From: Candidatus Paracaedibacteraceae bacterium
GTDB lineage: Bacteria > Pseudomonadota > Alphaproteobacteria > Paracaedibacterales > CAIOTO01
DNA: 64,000 bases
Assembly: GCA_030694965.1 (NCBI GenBank)
Contig: JAUYTZ010000009.1
Coordinates: forward strand, 137,418-201,417
Direction of reading: 5' to 3'
The notes beneath the pieces were generated by a model, which ran no database searches, was not told the DNA's origin, and saw nothing but the letters and a program-made list of their open reading frames with translations. The position numbers and the translations under genes are program-made. Shown piece by piece: positions 31,177-41,871 of this stretch (the first letter of the stretch is position 1; every line of letters begins with the position of its first letter).

Positions 31177-31842
31177 ATGATTATCGCTGTTGATGGTCCT
31201 TCAGGAGCTGGAAAAGGTACAATATCACGTGCAATAGCACAACATTTTTCTTTAAAGCATATTGATACAGGGCTTTATTATCGCGCGATTGCTTATAAAG
31301 CTATTCTTGAAGGGATTGATTTAAAGCATGAAGACGTACTCGTGCAATTGGTCGATCACATTACGACAGATGATTTTTTACTGCCAGTTTTGCGGGCAGA
31401 AACGATTGGAAATGCTGCATCTAAAATTGCTGTTATTCCTATTGTTCGCGAACAAATTACACGCCGTATTCACCGTTTTTGCCAAGAAATAGCCTTACCT
31501 TATAAAGGCGTAGTTTTGGATGGCCGTGATATAGGAACAGTTGTGTGCCCCAATGCAACAGTCAAAATTTTTGTAACAGCAAATCCCGACGTGCGTGCAA
31601 ATCGACGTTCAATGGAACTTAAAATATTAACGCAACAAAATTCAAATGATATTTTAAATCAAATTAATCAACGTGATGAACGTGATCAGCGGCGAATCGT
31701 TTCTCCCTTATCGCCAGCAAGTGATGCAATTTTTTTAGATACAAGTGAACTATCTTCACTTGAGTCATGCAATTGTGCAATTAACATCGTGTTAAATTAT
31801 TTAAGTACGAATTCTGGACTGGTGCAAGTTACTAGCTATTAA
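31177..31842 (+). CDS. cmk: Cytidylate kinase
   Basis: AVDGPSGAGKGT, DTGLYYR, DGRDIGTVV, RDERD. Confidence 0.96.
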   Translation: MIIAVDGPSGAGKGTISRAIAQHFSLKHIDTGLYYRAIAYKAILEGIDLKHEDVLVQLVDHITTDDFLLPVLRAETIGNAASKIAVIPIVREQITRRIHRFCQEIALPYKGVVLDGRDIGTVVCPNATVKIFVTANPDVRANRRSMELKILTQQNSNDILNQINQRDERDQRRIVSPLSPASDAIFLDTSELSSLESCNCAINIVLNYLSTNSGLVQVTSY

Positions 31843-32862
31843 TTGTTCTTGAAATCCCATTAAAGTTAGGCCTCCTCCAGAGTGAATGATTAAACAATTA
31901 CCTTTGATTTTATCATTTGCAATAATGTTGCGAGTTGTTAGAAAGAGCTTAGCTGAGTAAACAGGATCTGTTAAAAAGCCTTCGGTTTGAGCAATTAGAT
32001 TTATTTCTTTAAATATTGACTTATTCGTAGATCCGAATGATCGTGCTTGTTTAGGGTGATAAAATTTTAAGTTGGCTTTTATATCTGATTCTGTTGGACA
32101 TACTGCAAGCAAAGCTGAAAATCGTGTTTTAAAAGTACTTAATGTTTCTAAAAAATCCCTTTCTTCTTCTGCCATCAGCACGACATGGATTAAAGTTTTT
32201 TTCCTTAGCCAGGTAAATGCCAAAAGTGTCGCACATGCCATCATTCCTGTTCCTGAATCAATAAAAAGATGATCAAAGGTTAGACCTGTTTGTTGTTCAT
32301 TTTTTATTATATCAAGCGCAAGGGTTAATGCCCCAGGAAGGGCTTCAAGCATGCTAGCGCCTTCAGGAATGATGCATATTTTTTGCGACTTTTTAGCATA
32401 ATCTTTGGCCTTTTCATTAACATTTTGCCATTCTTCACGGCTAACCCAATGAATAGAATCTTTTGGAACCAGCATTGAAGTTAAAAGTAAATTACCAGTT
32501 TTTTGTGTGTCTATGTCTCCTTTTAGAAAGAGTGTAGGTTTTATGCTATTTTCAATAAGAAGCTGTGCTAATCCAACAATATTATTTGAATATGCACCAC
32601 CAATTAAAACAGCTTCTTCGACTGCGTTTGTTTGAAGATAAGGGATGAGTGAGCTGTATTTTCGAATTTTTGAACCTGATACCCCAAAGCCAAGTTCATC
32701 TTCACGTTTGACATAACAGCGAGTTTGTGAATCACCAAATGTTCGAAGCAAATGAATGCGAGAATGCAGTGGATAGGGGGCAAGTATGCCTAAAGATTCT
32801 TGCAAGTAATTTAGTTGTTTGCCAAATGAAATTTGAGTAAAAAAAGGAAGCATGCTATACAT
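31801..32862 (-). CDS. PLP-dependent D-cysteine desulfhydrase / ACC deaminase family protein
   Basis: KREDELGFGVSGSKIRK, GGAYSN, IPEGA, SGTG, DPVYSAK, IHSGG. Confidence 0.85.
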   Translation of the reverse strand: MYSMLPFFTQISFGKQLNYLQESLGILAPYPLHSRIHLLRTFGDSQTRCYVKREDELGFGVSGSKIRKYSSLIPYLQTNAVEEAVLIGGAYSNNIVGLAQLLIENSIKPTLFLKGDIDTQKTGNLLLTSMLVPKDSIHWVSREEWQNVNEKAKDYAKKSQKICIIPEGASMLEALPGALTLALDIIKNEQQTGLTFDHLFIDSGTGMMACATLLAFTWLRKKTLIHVVLMAEEERDFLETLSTFKTRFSALLAVCPTESDIKANLKFYHPKQARSFGSTNKSIFKEINLIAQTEGFLTDPVYSAKLFLTTRNIIANDKIKGNCLIIHSGGGLTLMGFQEQLIASNLHQSRIRT

Positions 32863-32885
32863 TCAATAATTCAGGTGCAAGTGTT

Positions 32886-32905
32886 ATTCCCGCGAGAGCG
32901 GGAAT
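32886..32905. repeat. Palindromic element ATTCCC-N8-GGGAAT (dRS3/RPE/REP-like)
   Basis: ATTCCCGC-GAGA-GCGGGAAT, a perfect 8-bp stem. Confidence 0.7.
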
Positions 32906-32945
32906 TCACAGTCTCTTATAAAATAGTAGCCTCTAAGCTACCTTT

Positions 32946-35366
32946 CTACATTAATGTTCGTGTTTCTTCTATTGAAATGGGCATTGCTAAATCCATTTTT
33001 CCTATATTTTTATCTAAATCATCTGATTCATCGATTGGAATTTCAATAGGATAGCTAGTTAAAGCTATGCGCAAAACTTCATCTACGGTTTTTACAGGAA
33101 TGATTGTTAAGTTCTTTTTTATGTTATCCGGAATTTCTGGCAAGTCGCGCTTGTTTTCATACGGTATAACTACAGTTTTTATGCCACCTCGATGGGCTGC
33201 CAGTAGTTTTTCTTTGAGACCACCAATTGCTAAAACACGCCCACGCAAAGTTACTTCACCTGTCATTGCAACATCCTTGCGGACGGGTATCCCAGTAAAA
33301 GCTGAAACAATCGAAGTGCACATTGTAATACCTGCTGATGGACCATCTTTAGGAGTTGCGCCTTCAGGTACGTGGATATGAATATCTTTTTTCTCAAACA
33401 AAGATGCACGTAAACCAAATAAATGTGCGCGTGCCCGCACGTAACTAAGTGCTGCTTGTGTGCTTTCCTGCATCACGTCACCAAGCTTACCTGTGATTTT
33501 AGTATTGCCTTTTCCTGATACGATAAGTGCTTCAATTGATAAAATTTCGCCACCAACTTCAGTCCATGCAAGCCCTGTTGTAATGCCAACTAAATCATTT
33601 TCTTCAATTTCACCGTAGCTATATTTTTGTACAGATGCATATTTTTCCAGATTATCAAGTGTGATGTGAATTTCCTTTGAATCGCCTTTTACAATTTCAC
33701 GAATAGATTTGCGTGCAAGGTTAGCAATTTCACGTTCCATATTACGAACGCCAGCTTCACGAGTATAGCAGCGAATAAGCTGAATTAATGCATCGTCTTC
33801 AATTGAAAACTCATTTGGCTTTAGACCATGCAGTTCTATTTGTTTTTTTACAAGATGCTGTTTTGCAATTTGCAATTTTTCATCTTCTGTGTAACCTGGG
33901 ATACGAATTACTTCCATACGGTCAAGGAGAGGTTGCGGCATGTTTAGCGAGTTTGCTGTCGTCACAAACATAACATCTGATAAATCGTAATCAACTTCAA
34001 TGTAGTGATCGTTGAAGCTGCTATTTTGTTCCGGATCAAGTACTTCAAGTAATGCTGACGCTGGATCTCCACGATAATCGTTACCAAGCTTGTCAATTTC
34101 ATCAAGTAAAAATAAAGGGTTAGATACTTTCGCTTTTTTCATCCCTTGAATGATTTTGCCTGGCATTGAGCCAATGTACGTGCGACGATGCCCACGTATT
34201 TCAGATTCATCACGTACGCCCCCAAGAGAAACGCGAATAAAGTTGCGTCCTGTTGCCTCTGCAATGGATTTTCCTAAGGATGTTTTTCCAACACCTGGAG
34301 GGCCAACAAGGCATAGAATTTGACTTTTAACTTTTCCGACGCGTGATTGTACCGCAAGGTATTCTAAAATACGCTCTTTAACTTTATCTAAACCATAGTG
34401 ATCGTTATTAAGAATTTTTTCAGCTTCGATAAGATCTTTACGGATTTTACTTTTTCTTTTCCATGGAATAGAAAGTAGCCAATCAAGGTAATTGCGAATA
34501 ACAGTTGCTTCTGCAGATGAATGATTCATCATTTTAAGCTTTTTTAGCTCACTTGCTGCGCGCGCTTCAACATCTGTTGGTAATTTTAAAGATTTAATTT
34601 TATCTTCAAGTTCAAGAAGCTCATCACGCGCTTCATCGCCGTCTCCAAGCTCTTTGTTTATTGCTTTCATTTGTTCATTTAAATAGTATTCACGTTGCGT
34701 TTTTTCCATTTGCTTTTTAACGCGTGTACGGATCTTATTTTCAACATCCATGATTGTTGATTCACCTTCGATGAATCGAAGAACTTTTTCAAGACGTTGA
34801 TTGACATTTGTTGTTTCTAATAACTCCTGCTTTTCGCTAATTTTAAGGGTAAAGTAAGACGCAATTGTATCGGCAAGTTTTGCAGGATCATCAATTTGAT
34901 TAATTGAAACAAGAACATCTGCGGGGATTTTACGATTTATTTTTACATATTGCTCAAATTCACTTATAACTGTGCGCGTCATTGCTTCAAGTTCTGGATC
35001 AAAACTCAAGGATTCAACTAATGGATCTGTTGTGGCTGTAATGTATGTTGAGTCACTATTGTAAGTGAGTACTTTCATGCGGTTGACGCCCTCAACAAGT
35101 ACTTTCACAGTCCCATCAGGAAGCTTTAATAGTTGAAGAATATTTCCAAGCGTGCCGACACTGTAAAGTTCATCAGCCGTAGGATCATCACTTAACGGAT
35201 TTTCTTGAGTAACGAGTAATATTTGTTTTTCATCTGAAAGCATAACTTTTTCAAGTGCTGCCACTGATTTCTGGCGTCCCACAAATAGTGGAACAATCAT
35301 ATGTGGAAATACAACGATGTCACGTAAAGGAAGTACGGGATAAGTCATCGATTCTCTTTTAGCCAT
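32946..35366 (-). CDS. lon: ATP-dependent protease La
   Basis: [40 protein letters not shown]. Start at 35366 with RBS GGAG. Confidence 0.98.
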   Translation of the reverse strand: MAKRESMTYPVLPLRDIVVFPHMIVPLFVGRQKSVAALEKVMLSDEKQILLVTQENPLSDDPTADELYSVGTLGNILQLLKLPDGTVKVLVEGVNRMKVLTYNSDSTYITATTDPLVESLSFDPELEAMTRTVISEFEQYVKINRKIPADVLVSINQIDDPAKLADTIASYFTLKISEKQELLETTNVNQRLEKVLRFIEGESTIMDVENKIRTRVKKQMEKTQREYYLNEQMKAINKELGDGDEARDELLELEDKIKSLKLPTDVEARAASELKKLKMMNHSSAEATVIRNYLDWLLSIPWKRKSKIRKDLIEAEKILNNDHYGLDKVKERILEYLAVQSRVGKVKSQILCLVGPPGVGKTSLGKSIAEATGRNFIRVSLGGVRDESEIRGHRRTYIGSMPGKIIQGMKKAKVSNPLFLLDEIDKLGNDYRGDPASALLEVLDPEQNSSFNDHYIEVDYDLSDVMFVTTANSLNMPQPLLDRMEVIRIPGYTEDEKLQIAKQHLVKKQIELHGLKPNEFSIEDDALIQLIRCYTREAGVRNMEREIANLARKSIREIVKGDSKEIHITLDNLEKYASVQKYSYGEIEENDLVGITTGLAWTEVGGEILSIEALIVSGKGNTKITGKLGDVMQESTQAALSYVRARAHLFGLRASLFEKKDIHIHVPEGATPKDGPSAGITMCTSIVSAFTGIPVRKDVAMTGEVTLRGRVLAIGGLKEKLLAAHRGGIKTVVIPYENKRDLPEIPDNIKKNLTIIPVKTVDEVLRIALTSYPIEIPIDESDDLDKNIGKMDLAMPISIEETRTLM

Positions 35367-35513
35367 AAGTTTTCTCCAATCAATCACTTTGTAAAACTAT
35401 ATCACACTTTTAATTAAGGGAAAACGAAGGTATTTGCAAAAAAAGCTTAAAAAAGCTAAAAATTATGCATTTTTGTGCATAAAATACGACTTCACTAATG
35501 ATAAAACACACAT

Positions 35514-36377
35514 TCATTTAAAATCAGTGATAGGGGATTTAGCTGCCGTTTTTGCAAATTGAGTTTGTTTTTTTTCTTTCCAGCCGCATATAAATATCAA
35601 GTCAACAGAAACTTTTAATGATTGGTCTAAATCAGAAAATTGATCTTTATAAAGTTGATTTGCCAAGTTTAAAAAATTACGTGGAAGTGGTCTTTTGTCA
35701 TTTGTTGAAAAGTTGTTTTTGTTAAAGTTACTATTGCGCAATTTTATAATTAGATTTTTGACAGAAGAAATGTTAAACGTTAAATGTTCAATGTCTGCAG
35801 TTGGGCAACTAAAACCTGCACGCTGAATAAGCATAGCGGCATCTTTTGTATGGATGGTTGGAATAAACCGTTGCTCAAGACCTTTATTATGGTCAAGATC
35901 AATTTCCGCACAGATTGATTTAAATTCATATAACGTATTTTGACCAAAAAAGCAGGCTGCAAAAAAACCGCCTTCTGCAAGTGCTTGGTATGCTTGAAAA
36001 AGCATGCCGGGAACATCGTGCGTCCACTGCAAATATGGACTTAATAAAATAAGATCATGTGCGTTTTGCTTAAGGTCTAGAATTTCTAAGTTTGAAATAG
36101 AATGAATTCGGGGTTCATTAAAATTACCGCATAAAGGAAAATTTGATAGTGGGTAATTTTTATTTTGAACGTAGACAGGCTTTTTAAATCGTTTATTTAT
36201 AAGAGATGCGCGATCAATTAGACCTGTCCTCCAATGCGTACTTAGCGCGTTCCACGTTTGAAATGTTTTGCGTGTTGGTGATGAGTGTGCAGTCTCAAGG
36301 TAAAACTTGGGGGATGCACTGTTTGGTAACTTCTCATTTTTAAGCTGAGTGGTGAGCCGTGTCATCAATATGTCCAA
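35514..36377 (-). CDS. SAM-dependent methyltransferase-like protein (NDUFAF5-like, degenerate)
   Basis: LQWTHDVPGML, ALAEGGFF, GQNTLYE, LIQRAGFSCPTAD, IFICGWK. Start uncertain. Confidence 0.75.
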   Translation of the reverse strand: MDILMTRLTTQLKNEKLPNSASPKFYLETAHSSPTRKTFQTWNALSTHWRTGLIDRASLINKRFKKPVYVQNKNYPLSNFPLCGNFNEPRIHSISNLEILDLKQNAHDLILLSPYLQWTHDVPGMLFQAYQALAEGGFFAACFFGQNTLYEFKSICAEIDLDHNKGLEQRFIPTIHTKDAAMLIQRAGFSCPTADIEHLTFNISSVKNLIIKLRNSNFNKNNFSTNDKRPLPRNFLNLANQLYKDQFSDLDQSLKVSVDLIFICGWKEKKQTQFAKTAAKSPITDFK

Positions 36378-39300
36378 GTTTATTTTTTAAGCCACGTTTC
36401 TTAGATGTAAGGTATGTATACATAACTGGAACAACAAAAATTGTGAATATCGTTCCAAGTGACATACCACCAATAATAACACAACCTAATTGACGACGAC
36501 TTTCACCCCCGGCTCCGCCAAGCATAAGAGGAACAGCGCCAAAAACCATGGCAAGTGTTGTCATTAGAATTGGACGAAGGCGCATTTTGCTTGCCATAAC
36601 AACCGATTCAGAAACTGTATTGCCACTTTCACGCAAGCGATTGGCGAAATCTACAATTAAAATACCATGTTTTGTGATTAGTCCAATAAGTGTAATAAAG
36701 CCAATAAAAGAATACATGTTTAGAGTTCCTTTATCAATTAGACTAAGTGCAATAACACCGCCGATAAGTGATAGTGGGACACTAAAAAAGATGATGAAAG
36801 GATCGCGCCAGCTTTCAAACTGTGCGGCCATGACAAGGTAGATAAAGCAAATTGATAGCAAAAAGACCATTAGCATGGATTTGCTGTCATTGATAAACTT
36901 TTTAGTTTCTCCGATAAAATCGCACTGAGTGTCTTCTGGAATGTATTCTGCTGCAGCTTCTTTTACCATTTTTATACCATCGCCTACTGTGTTGCCAGCT
37001 TTAAGACTCACTGAAATAGAAGAAGAGCGCATTCTATTATATCTATGAATCTCATGTGGACCTGTGCGCGCATCAACAGATACAAGATCTGAAAGGGGGA
37101 TAAGCGTTGGATTCTTTTCAGTGCCAGCAGTCATAAATAGCCTTAAGATATCTTCGGGAGTTTCCTTAAACTCCATAGCAACTTGAAGTTTAACATCATA
37201 CTGCTTGTTATTTCGTTTAAACTTACCTGCTTTACGGCCTTTTACAAGATGTTCAATGGTATCTGACACATCCTTTGGTTGTCTTTTAAGATGCGAGATT
37301 TTATCGCGTTGCAAGGTTACAATATAGTCTTCATTATCGTTATTATTTACAGCACGCACACCTTGGACAATGCCGCTTTGATAGACGCCTTGAACCATAT
37401 TATTAACCATATCTTTTAATTCTGTTTGGCTTTTATTTCCGCGTACAACAAACTCAACCACGTTGGCATCACTTGAACCACCGCCAGTGCGAATTTTTGG
37501 ATCTAGGCCTGTAATCATTTCAAATTTTTTAGTGAGCTCCAAAATTATTTCTTCTGTTTTCTTCTGATGTTTACTAAAGAAAGAAAAAAGCGATCTAAAC
37601 AGGGATGATTTTTCATCAACAAGTTCAATGGTTATGTCAACAGTTGGATTGTTGATAATGGTAATCCGTCTTTCAATTTCTGGATAGGTAAGCAAAATTT
37701 TATCTAAGTCATTGATATGACGCTCTGTATATTCAACCGTTGCTGATTGAGGTGCGTTTGCTTCAATTTGAATAGATCTGGTGTCTGCTTGTGGAATGTA
37801 CTCGGAGCGCAAAAAGGCATATACCCAGACACCTAGCAATGTTATAGCAGCTGCTAAACTTAATATTTGAAGGCGTTGTGATAGTGCATAACGAAGCATT
37901 TGCTCATAGTTTACTTCAAGTTTGTCAAGCCACTCATCTGTTCTTATTTTTGCTTTTAACTGGTTCCATAAAGATTGATTGTTGTCATTTTCAATAACCT
38001 CGTGTGTTTTTGTGAGTAAACGTGAGCACATCATTGGAGATAAGGTTAATGCAACAAATCCTGAAATTAAAACAGAACCAGCAAGTGTAATAGCAAACTC
38101 TGTAAAGAATTTTGCCATTTTACCACTACCAAGTGGAATTGGGGCATACACAGCAACAAGGGTTAGAGTCATGGCAATAACTGAAAAACCAACTTCACGC
38201 ACACCTTTTATGGATGCTTGAAAAGGAGAAACGCCGTCTTCAATATGTCTATGTATATTTTCTAACACAACAATTGAGTCGTCTACGACAAGGCCGATCG
38301 CAAGAACCATCGCAAACAATGTGAAGTTGTTAAGACTGTAGCCGAGCATATACATTAAAAAAGACACACCTATTAATGAGACGGGAATTGTAATTAATGG
38401 GATGATTGATGCGCGTGCTGATCTCAAGAAAACGAGTACTACTAAAACGACAAGAATGCTTGCTTCAATAATAGATCCGTACACATTACGGATGCTTTTT
38501 TGAATAAATTTGGTTGGATCGCGGGCAATATTAATCTCATAACCTGCGGGTAGTCGTTTTGAAAAATCTTTTAAAGATGTTTTTACTGCATCTGCAACCT
38601 CAAGTGGATTAGTATTCGATTGTTTTGCGATAGAGATATTAACACCGCGTTTTCCATTAAAGTTTGTACGCGTACGTTTGTCATCTGCTTGAATATAAGC
38701 TTTTCCAATGTCTTTAACACGAATCATGCGGCCATTTATTTGACGAACGATAATTTCTTCAAATTCTTCAGGTTTTTCAAGTGTTGCTACAGTTGTAATA
38801 AAATACTTTCTGTTTTTGCTTGTGATTTCACCTGCTGGTGCTTCTACGTTTTGCTTTTTTACAGCGGCGTAAACATCGTCAACTGTTACGTGGTGGGCAG
38901 ACATGCGAATTGGATCAAGTTCAATTTGCATAATGTATTCAGATGCACCCATTACGTCAACACGTGCAACACCAGAAACTGATTCGATAACTTTCTTAAT
39001 ATCGTTATCAGCATAGTCAAAAAGTTCGCTTGGTTCTGCTTTGTCACTGGTAAGAGCAAGGATAAGAATTGGACGCTCATCTAGACGTGTGCGATTAATT
39101 TGTGGATCAGTGCGATTCCCTTCCGCAGGTGGAAGCTTATCTTTGCTTCGTGCTAGACGGTCACGAACATCATTGACGGCGTTATCCATTTTGATGCCAG
39201 GGCGAAATTCAACTTGAACTTTGCTGTCGCCAGCTGTGCTAACGGACGATATAGTATCAATGCCTTCAACACCAGACACTGCGTCCTCAATAACTTGTGT

Positions 39301-39489
39301 AATTTGCGTTTCTATAATATCAGGACCAGCGCCAGTCATTTGAGTTTCAATAGTCAAGAATACGCTTTCAAAATTAGGATATTCTTGAACAGGTAAACGT
39401 ATAAAACCAACTGTTCCCATAAGAATAACAACTAAGGTCAAGACCCAAGCTAATACTGGGCGTTGAATGCAAACTTCAGATAATTTCAT
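36340..39489 (-). CDS. RND efflux permease (AcrB/MdtC family)
   Basis: CIQRPV, IGLVVDDSIVVLENI, ALTLSPMMC, RLRPILMT. Confidence 0.96.
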   Translation of the reverse strand: MKLSEVCIQRPVLAWVLTLVVILMGTVGFIRLPVQEYPNFESVFLTIETQMTGAGPDIIETQITQVIEDAVSGVEGIDTISSVSTAGDSKVQVEFRPGIKMDNAVNDVRDRLARSKDKLPPAEGNRTDPQINRTRLDERPILILALTSDKAEPSELFDYADNDIKKVIESVSGVARVDVMGASEYIMQIELDPIRMSAHHVTVDDVYAAVKKQNVEAPAGEITSKNRKYFITTVATLEKPEEFEEIIVRQINGRMIRVKDIGKAYIQADDKRTRTNFNGKRGVNISIAKQSNTNPLEVADAVKTSLKDFSKRLPAGYEINIARDPTKFIQKSIRNVYGSIIEASILVVLVVLVFLRSARASIIPLITIPVSLIGVSFLMYMLGYSLNNFTLFAMVLAIGLVVDDSIVVLENIHRHIEDGVSPFQASIKGVREVGFSVIAMTLTLVAVYAPIPLGSGKMAKFFTEFAITLAGSVLISGFVALTLSPMMCSRLLTKTHEVIENDNNQSLWNQLKAKIRTDEWLDKLEVNYEQMLRYALSQRLQILSLAAAITLLGVWVYAFLRSEYIPQADTRSIQIEANAPQSATVEYTERHINDLDKILLTYPEIERRITIINNPTVDITIELVDEKSSLFRSLFSFFSKHQKKTEEIILELTKKFEMITGLDPKIRTGGGSSDANVVEFVVRGNKSQTELKDMVNNMVQGVYQSGIVQGVRAVNNNDNEDYIVTLQRDKISHLKRQPKDVSDTIEHLVKGRKAGKFKRNNKQYDVKLQVAMEFKETPEDILRLFMTAGTEKNPTLIPLSDLVSVDARTGPHEIHRYNRMRSSSISVSLKAGNTVGDGIKMVKEAAAEYIPEDTQCDFIGETKKFINDSKSMLMVFLLSICFIYLVMAAQFESWRDPFIIFFSVPLSLIGGVIALSLIDKGTLNMYSFIGFITLIGLITKHGILIVDFANRLRESGNTVSESVVMASKMRLRPILMTTLAMVFGAVPLMLGGAGGESRRQLGCVIIGGMSLGTIFTIFVVPVMYTYLTSKKRGLKNKLGHIDDTAHHSA

Positions 39490-39504
39490 AGAAAATATGC
39501 CTCG

Positions 39505-40845
39505 TTATTTATTTAGATCAGATTTAGCTGTCTTCTTAACTTTTGTTGTTTCAACAGCTTTAATGGAGGCTGTGTTTGTATTTGCTGTGACAGTTGTTTC
39601 AACTTTCGGCATTTCTACAGGAGGTTCTTTTTTTGCTTTTTCTTTTTCTTTAGTTTCTTTATTAGTCTTCAGCATTGTCTCTTTGTCAGCTTTTTTTTTA
39701 GCTTCACGCGCTATTTCTTCTTTATCGTTGATAACTCTTACGCGAACACCTTCAACCAAGCGTGTATGTCCTGATGTTACAACAATTTCACCTTGTTGTA
39801 CGCCGGCCACTATTTCAACCATGTTTTTTTCACGAACACCTGTTTTTACAGGTTTGCGACGCGCTTTTCCTTTTTCAACAACCCAAACAAACTCAATTGT
39901 TCCTTCACGAAGAATGGCCGCTTCGTCAACCATTGGAGTATTGCTGCGTTCACCAATAATAAGGCTTACATTTGCAAATAAGCCAGCAAGCAGATTATTG
40001 TTATCATTTTCTGTGGTTGCTCGTAAAGCAAGACTGTGGCTGTCTGAATCAACTTTTGAGTCAACGGCTTCAACAGATGCATGGAACACGCGATCTTTAA
40101 ATGCGTCAATTGTTATTTCAGCTGATTGTCCAACTCCTACATCATGAACGAATTTTTCTGGAACTTTAAAGTCTATTTTCATTGGATTAGTTTGTACCAG
40201 TGTAACAAGCTCTGCCCCTCGTTGTACGAATCCTCCAAGGCTAACGTCTTCTTTTATAATACCAATTTGACCACTAAAAGGTGCTTTTATAATTGTTTTT
40301 TCAAGCTTTGCTTTTGCAACAGCAACACGTGCTGTTGTTGCGTCAAGTTTGCCCTTCATTTCGTCGAAGTCTTTTGTGCTTCCAAATTTTTGCTCGTGCA
40401 ATTTTGATATGCGATCATAGTTCGACTGTGCAAGTACTTGCTGTGCTTCTGCATCTTGTAGTTCAGCTTTATAGTCGGCATCTTCAAATTGAATAATAAT
40501 ATCGTCTTTTGTGACAGTGCCACCTTCTGTGAATTTTATTTCTTTAAGGCGCGCGTCAATTTCTGATTTAATAGCGACGTATTCACTTGCGCGTGTTTTA
40601 CCAACAGCCGTAATGCGTTTTGTCATTGTACCCAGTGTAACAGGTGATGCTTCAACGTTTATTAAGCGGTCCGCGCGTGCTTGTGCAATATCTGTTGCGC
40701 AAAACCTTTCACGAATAACGTTAAGGGTCCCTCCCATCGCTTGGAAAATAACGCAAAATAAAAGAATGCCTACGCCTAAGCCGAGAAAGAAAAATACAAT
40801 TTTACGACGTTTGGTGAGAGACAAATCATTATAATAATTTCGCAT
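39505..40845 (-). CDS. RND efflux membrane fusion (periplasmic adaptor) protein
   Basis: N-terminal TM, lipoyl/hairpin region IKAPFSG, DFKVPE, LLAGLFA; Lys/Thr-rich tail. Confidence 0.93.
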   Translation of the reverse strand: MRNYYNDLSLTKRRKIVFFFLGLGVGILLFCVIFQAMGGTLNVIRERFCATDIAQARADRLINVEASPVTLGTMTKRITAVGKTRASEYVAIKSEIDARLKEIKFTEGGTVTKDDIIIQFEDADYKAELQDAEAQQVLAQSNYDRISKLHEQKFGSTKDFDEMKGKLDATTARVAVAKAKLEKTIIKAPFSGQIGIIKEDVSLGGFVQRGAELVTLVQTNPMKIDFKVPEKFVHDVGVGQSAEITIDAFKDRVFHASVEAVDSKVDSDSHSLALRATTENDNNNLLAGLFANVSLIIGERSNTPMVDEAAILREGTIEFVWVVEKGKARRKPVKTGVREKNMVEIVAGVQQGEIVVTSGHTRLVEGVRVRVINDKEEIAREAKKKADKETMLKTNKETKEKEKAKKEPPVEMPKVETTVTANTNTASIKAVETTKVKKTAKSDLNK

Positions 40846-41121
40846 ACAACTATTTCCCTTTTATACGATGCTGCTTTTATCTACTTGTTGGGTCTTAATT
40901 GACCTGTTTAGCGAGCATTAAGATCTACTATAACATAGTTCTTTGCAAAATTAGATACGGTAATTGCTCTTTTAAAACACAATTTCTTATTTTTTTGTTT
41001 TATTTTATTTTTTTAGATATACTAGTAATGTTTTTCATGAAAAATGTTTTGATACATTGATTTTTAATATGCAAACATCTTAAAATGCAAATGCATGCTA
41101 AATTTATAAAGGTTAAAAGCA

Positions 41122-41865
41122 GTGACACAACGCCGTACTCCTGTTGAAATCGTTCGCTTCGACCACGTTAGCTTGTGTTATCCTGCAGGCATACCGGTTT
41201 TTTTTAATTTAAACTTTTCGCTTTACGAAGGAAGTTTTTATTTTCTAACTGGAGCCAGTGGTGCTGGAAAAACATCAATCATGAAATTGATTTATCGCGA
41301 TCTAAGATCTTCGGGCGGAACGATTACAGTATTTGGCCATGATATTTCTGAAATCAATGACACGCAATTGCCTAAATTCAGACAAAAAATGGGGTTGGTT
41401 TTTCAAGACTGTCGTTTGTTGCCACATCTTAACGCACTTGATAACGTTGCATTAGCGCTGCGTATTGCAGGTATGGATTTAAAACGTGCACGTGCTTATA
41501 GTAAAGAGTTGTTGCATTGGGTTGGTTTAGGTGACCATTTTGATTTTTACCCGCCGACATTATCAGATGGACAAAAGCAGCGTGTTGGTATTGCACGTGC
41601 AGTTATAACAAGGCCTCTTGTTTTGTTAGCGGATGAGCCTACTGGAAATGTAGATGACAAATCTGCAAATAAATTAATTCTGTTGCTTGAAGAGCTAAAT
41701 AAGATTGGAACAACAGTAATGGTCGCAACACACAACAGAATGCTTGTTGAGTCATTTTCTCATCAAGAGTTGCATTTAGCGAAAGGTGAGTTGATTGTGA
41801 ATAATGCACAAGGAAATAGAAATAAAAGCACATATAATATACGCCCATATTCGAAAGCTGTATAA
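41122..41865 (+). CDS. ftsE: Cell division ATP-binding protein FtsE
   Basis: GASGAGKT, GLVFQD, ADEPTGNVD, ATH; followed by ftsX. Confidence 0.93.
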   Translation: MTQRRTPVEIVRFDHVSLCYPAGIPVFFNLNFSLYEGSFYFLTGASGAGKTSIMKLIYRDLRSSGGTITVFGHDISEINDTQLPKFRQKMGLVFQDCRLLPHLNALDNVALALRIAGMDLKRARAYSKELLHWVGLGDHFDFYPPTLSDGQKQRVGIARAVITRPLVLLADEPTGNVDDKSANKLILLLEELNKIGTTVMVATHNRMLVESFSHQELHLAKGELIVNNAQGNRNKSTYNIRPYSKAV

Positions 41866-41871
41866 AATAAG

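Noticed and set aside
39467-40147. 226-aa antisense ORF
   Set aside because: A shadow of the RND adaptor gene on the opposite strand; its hydrophobic stretch mirrors the Lys-rich tail.
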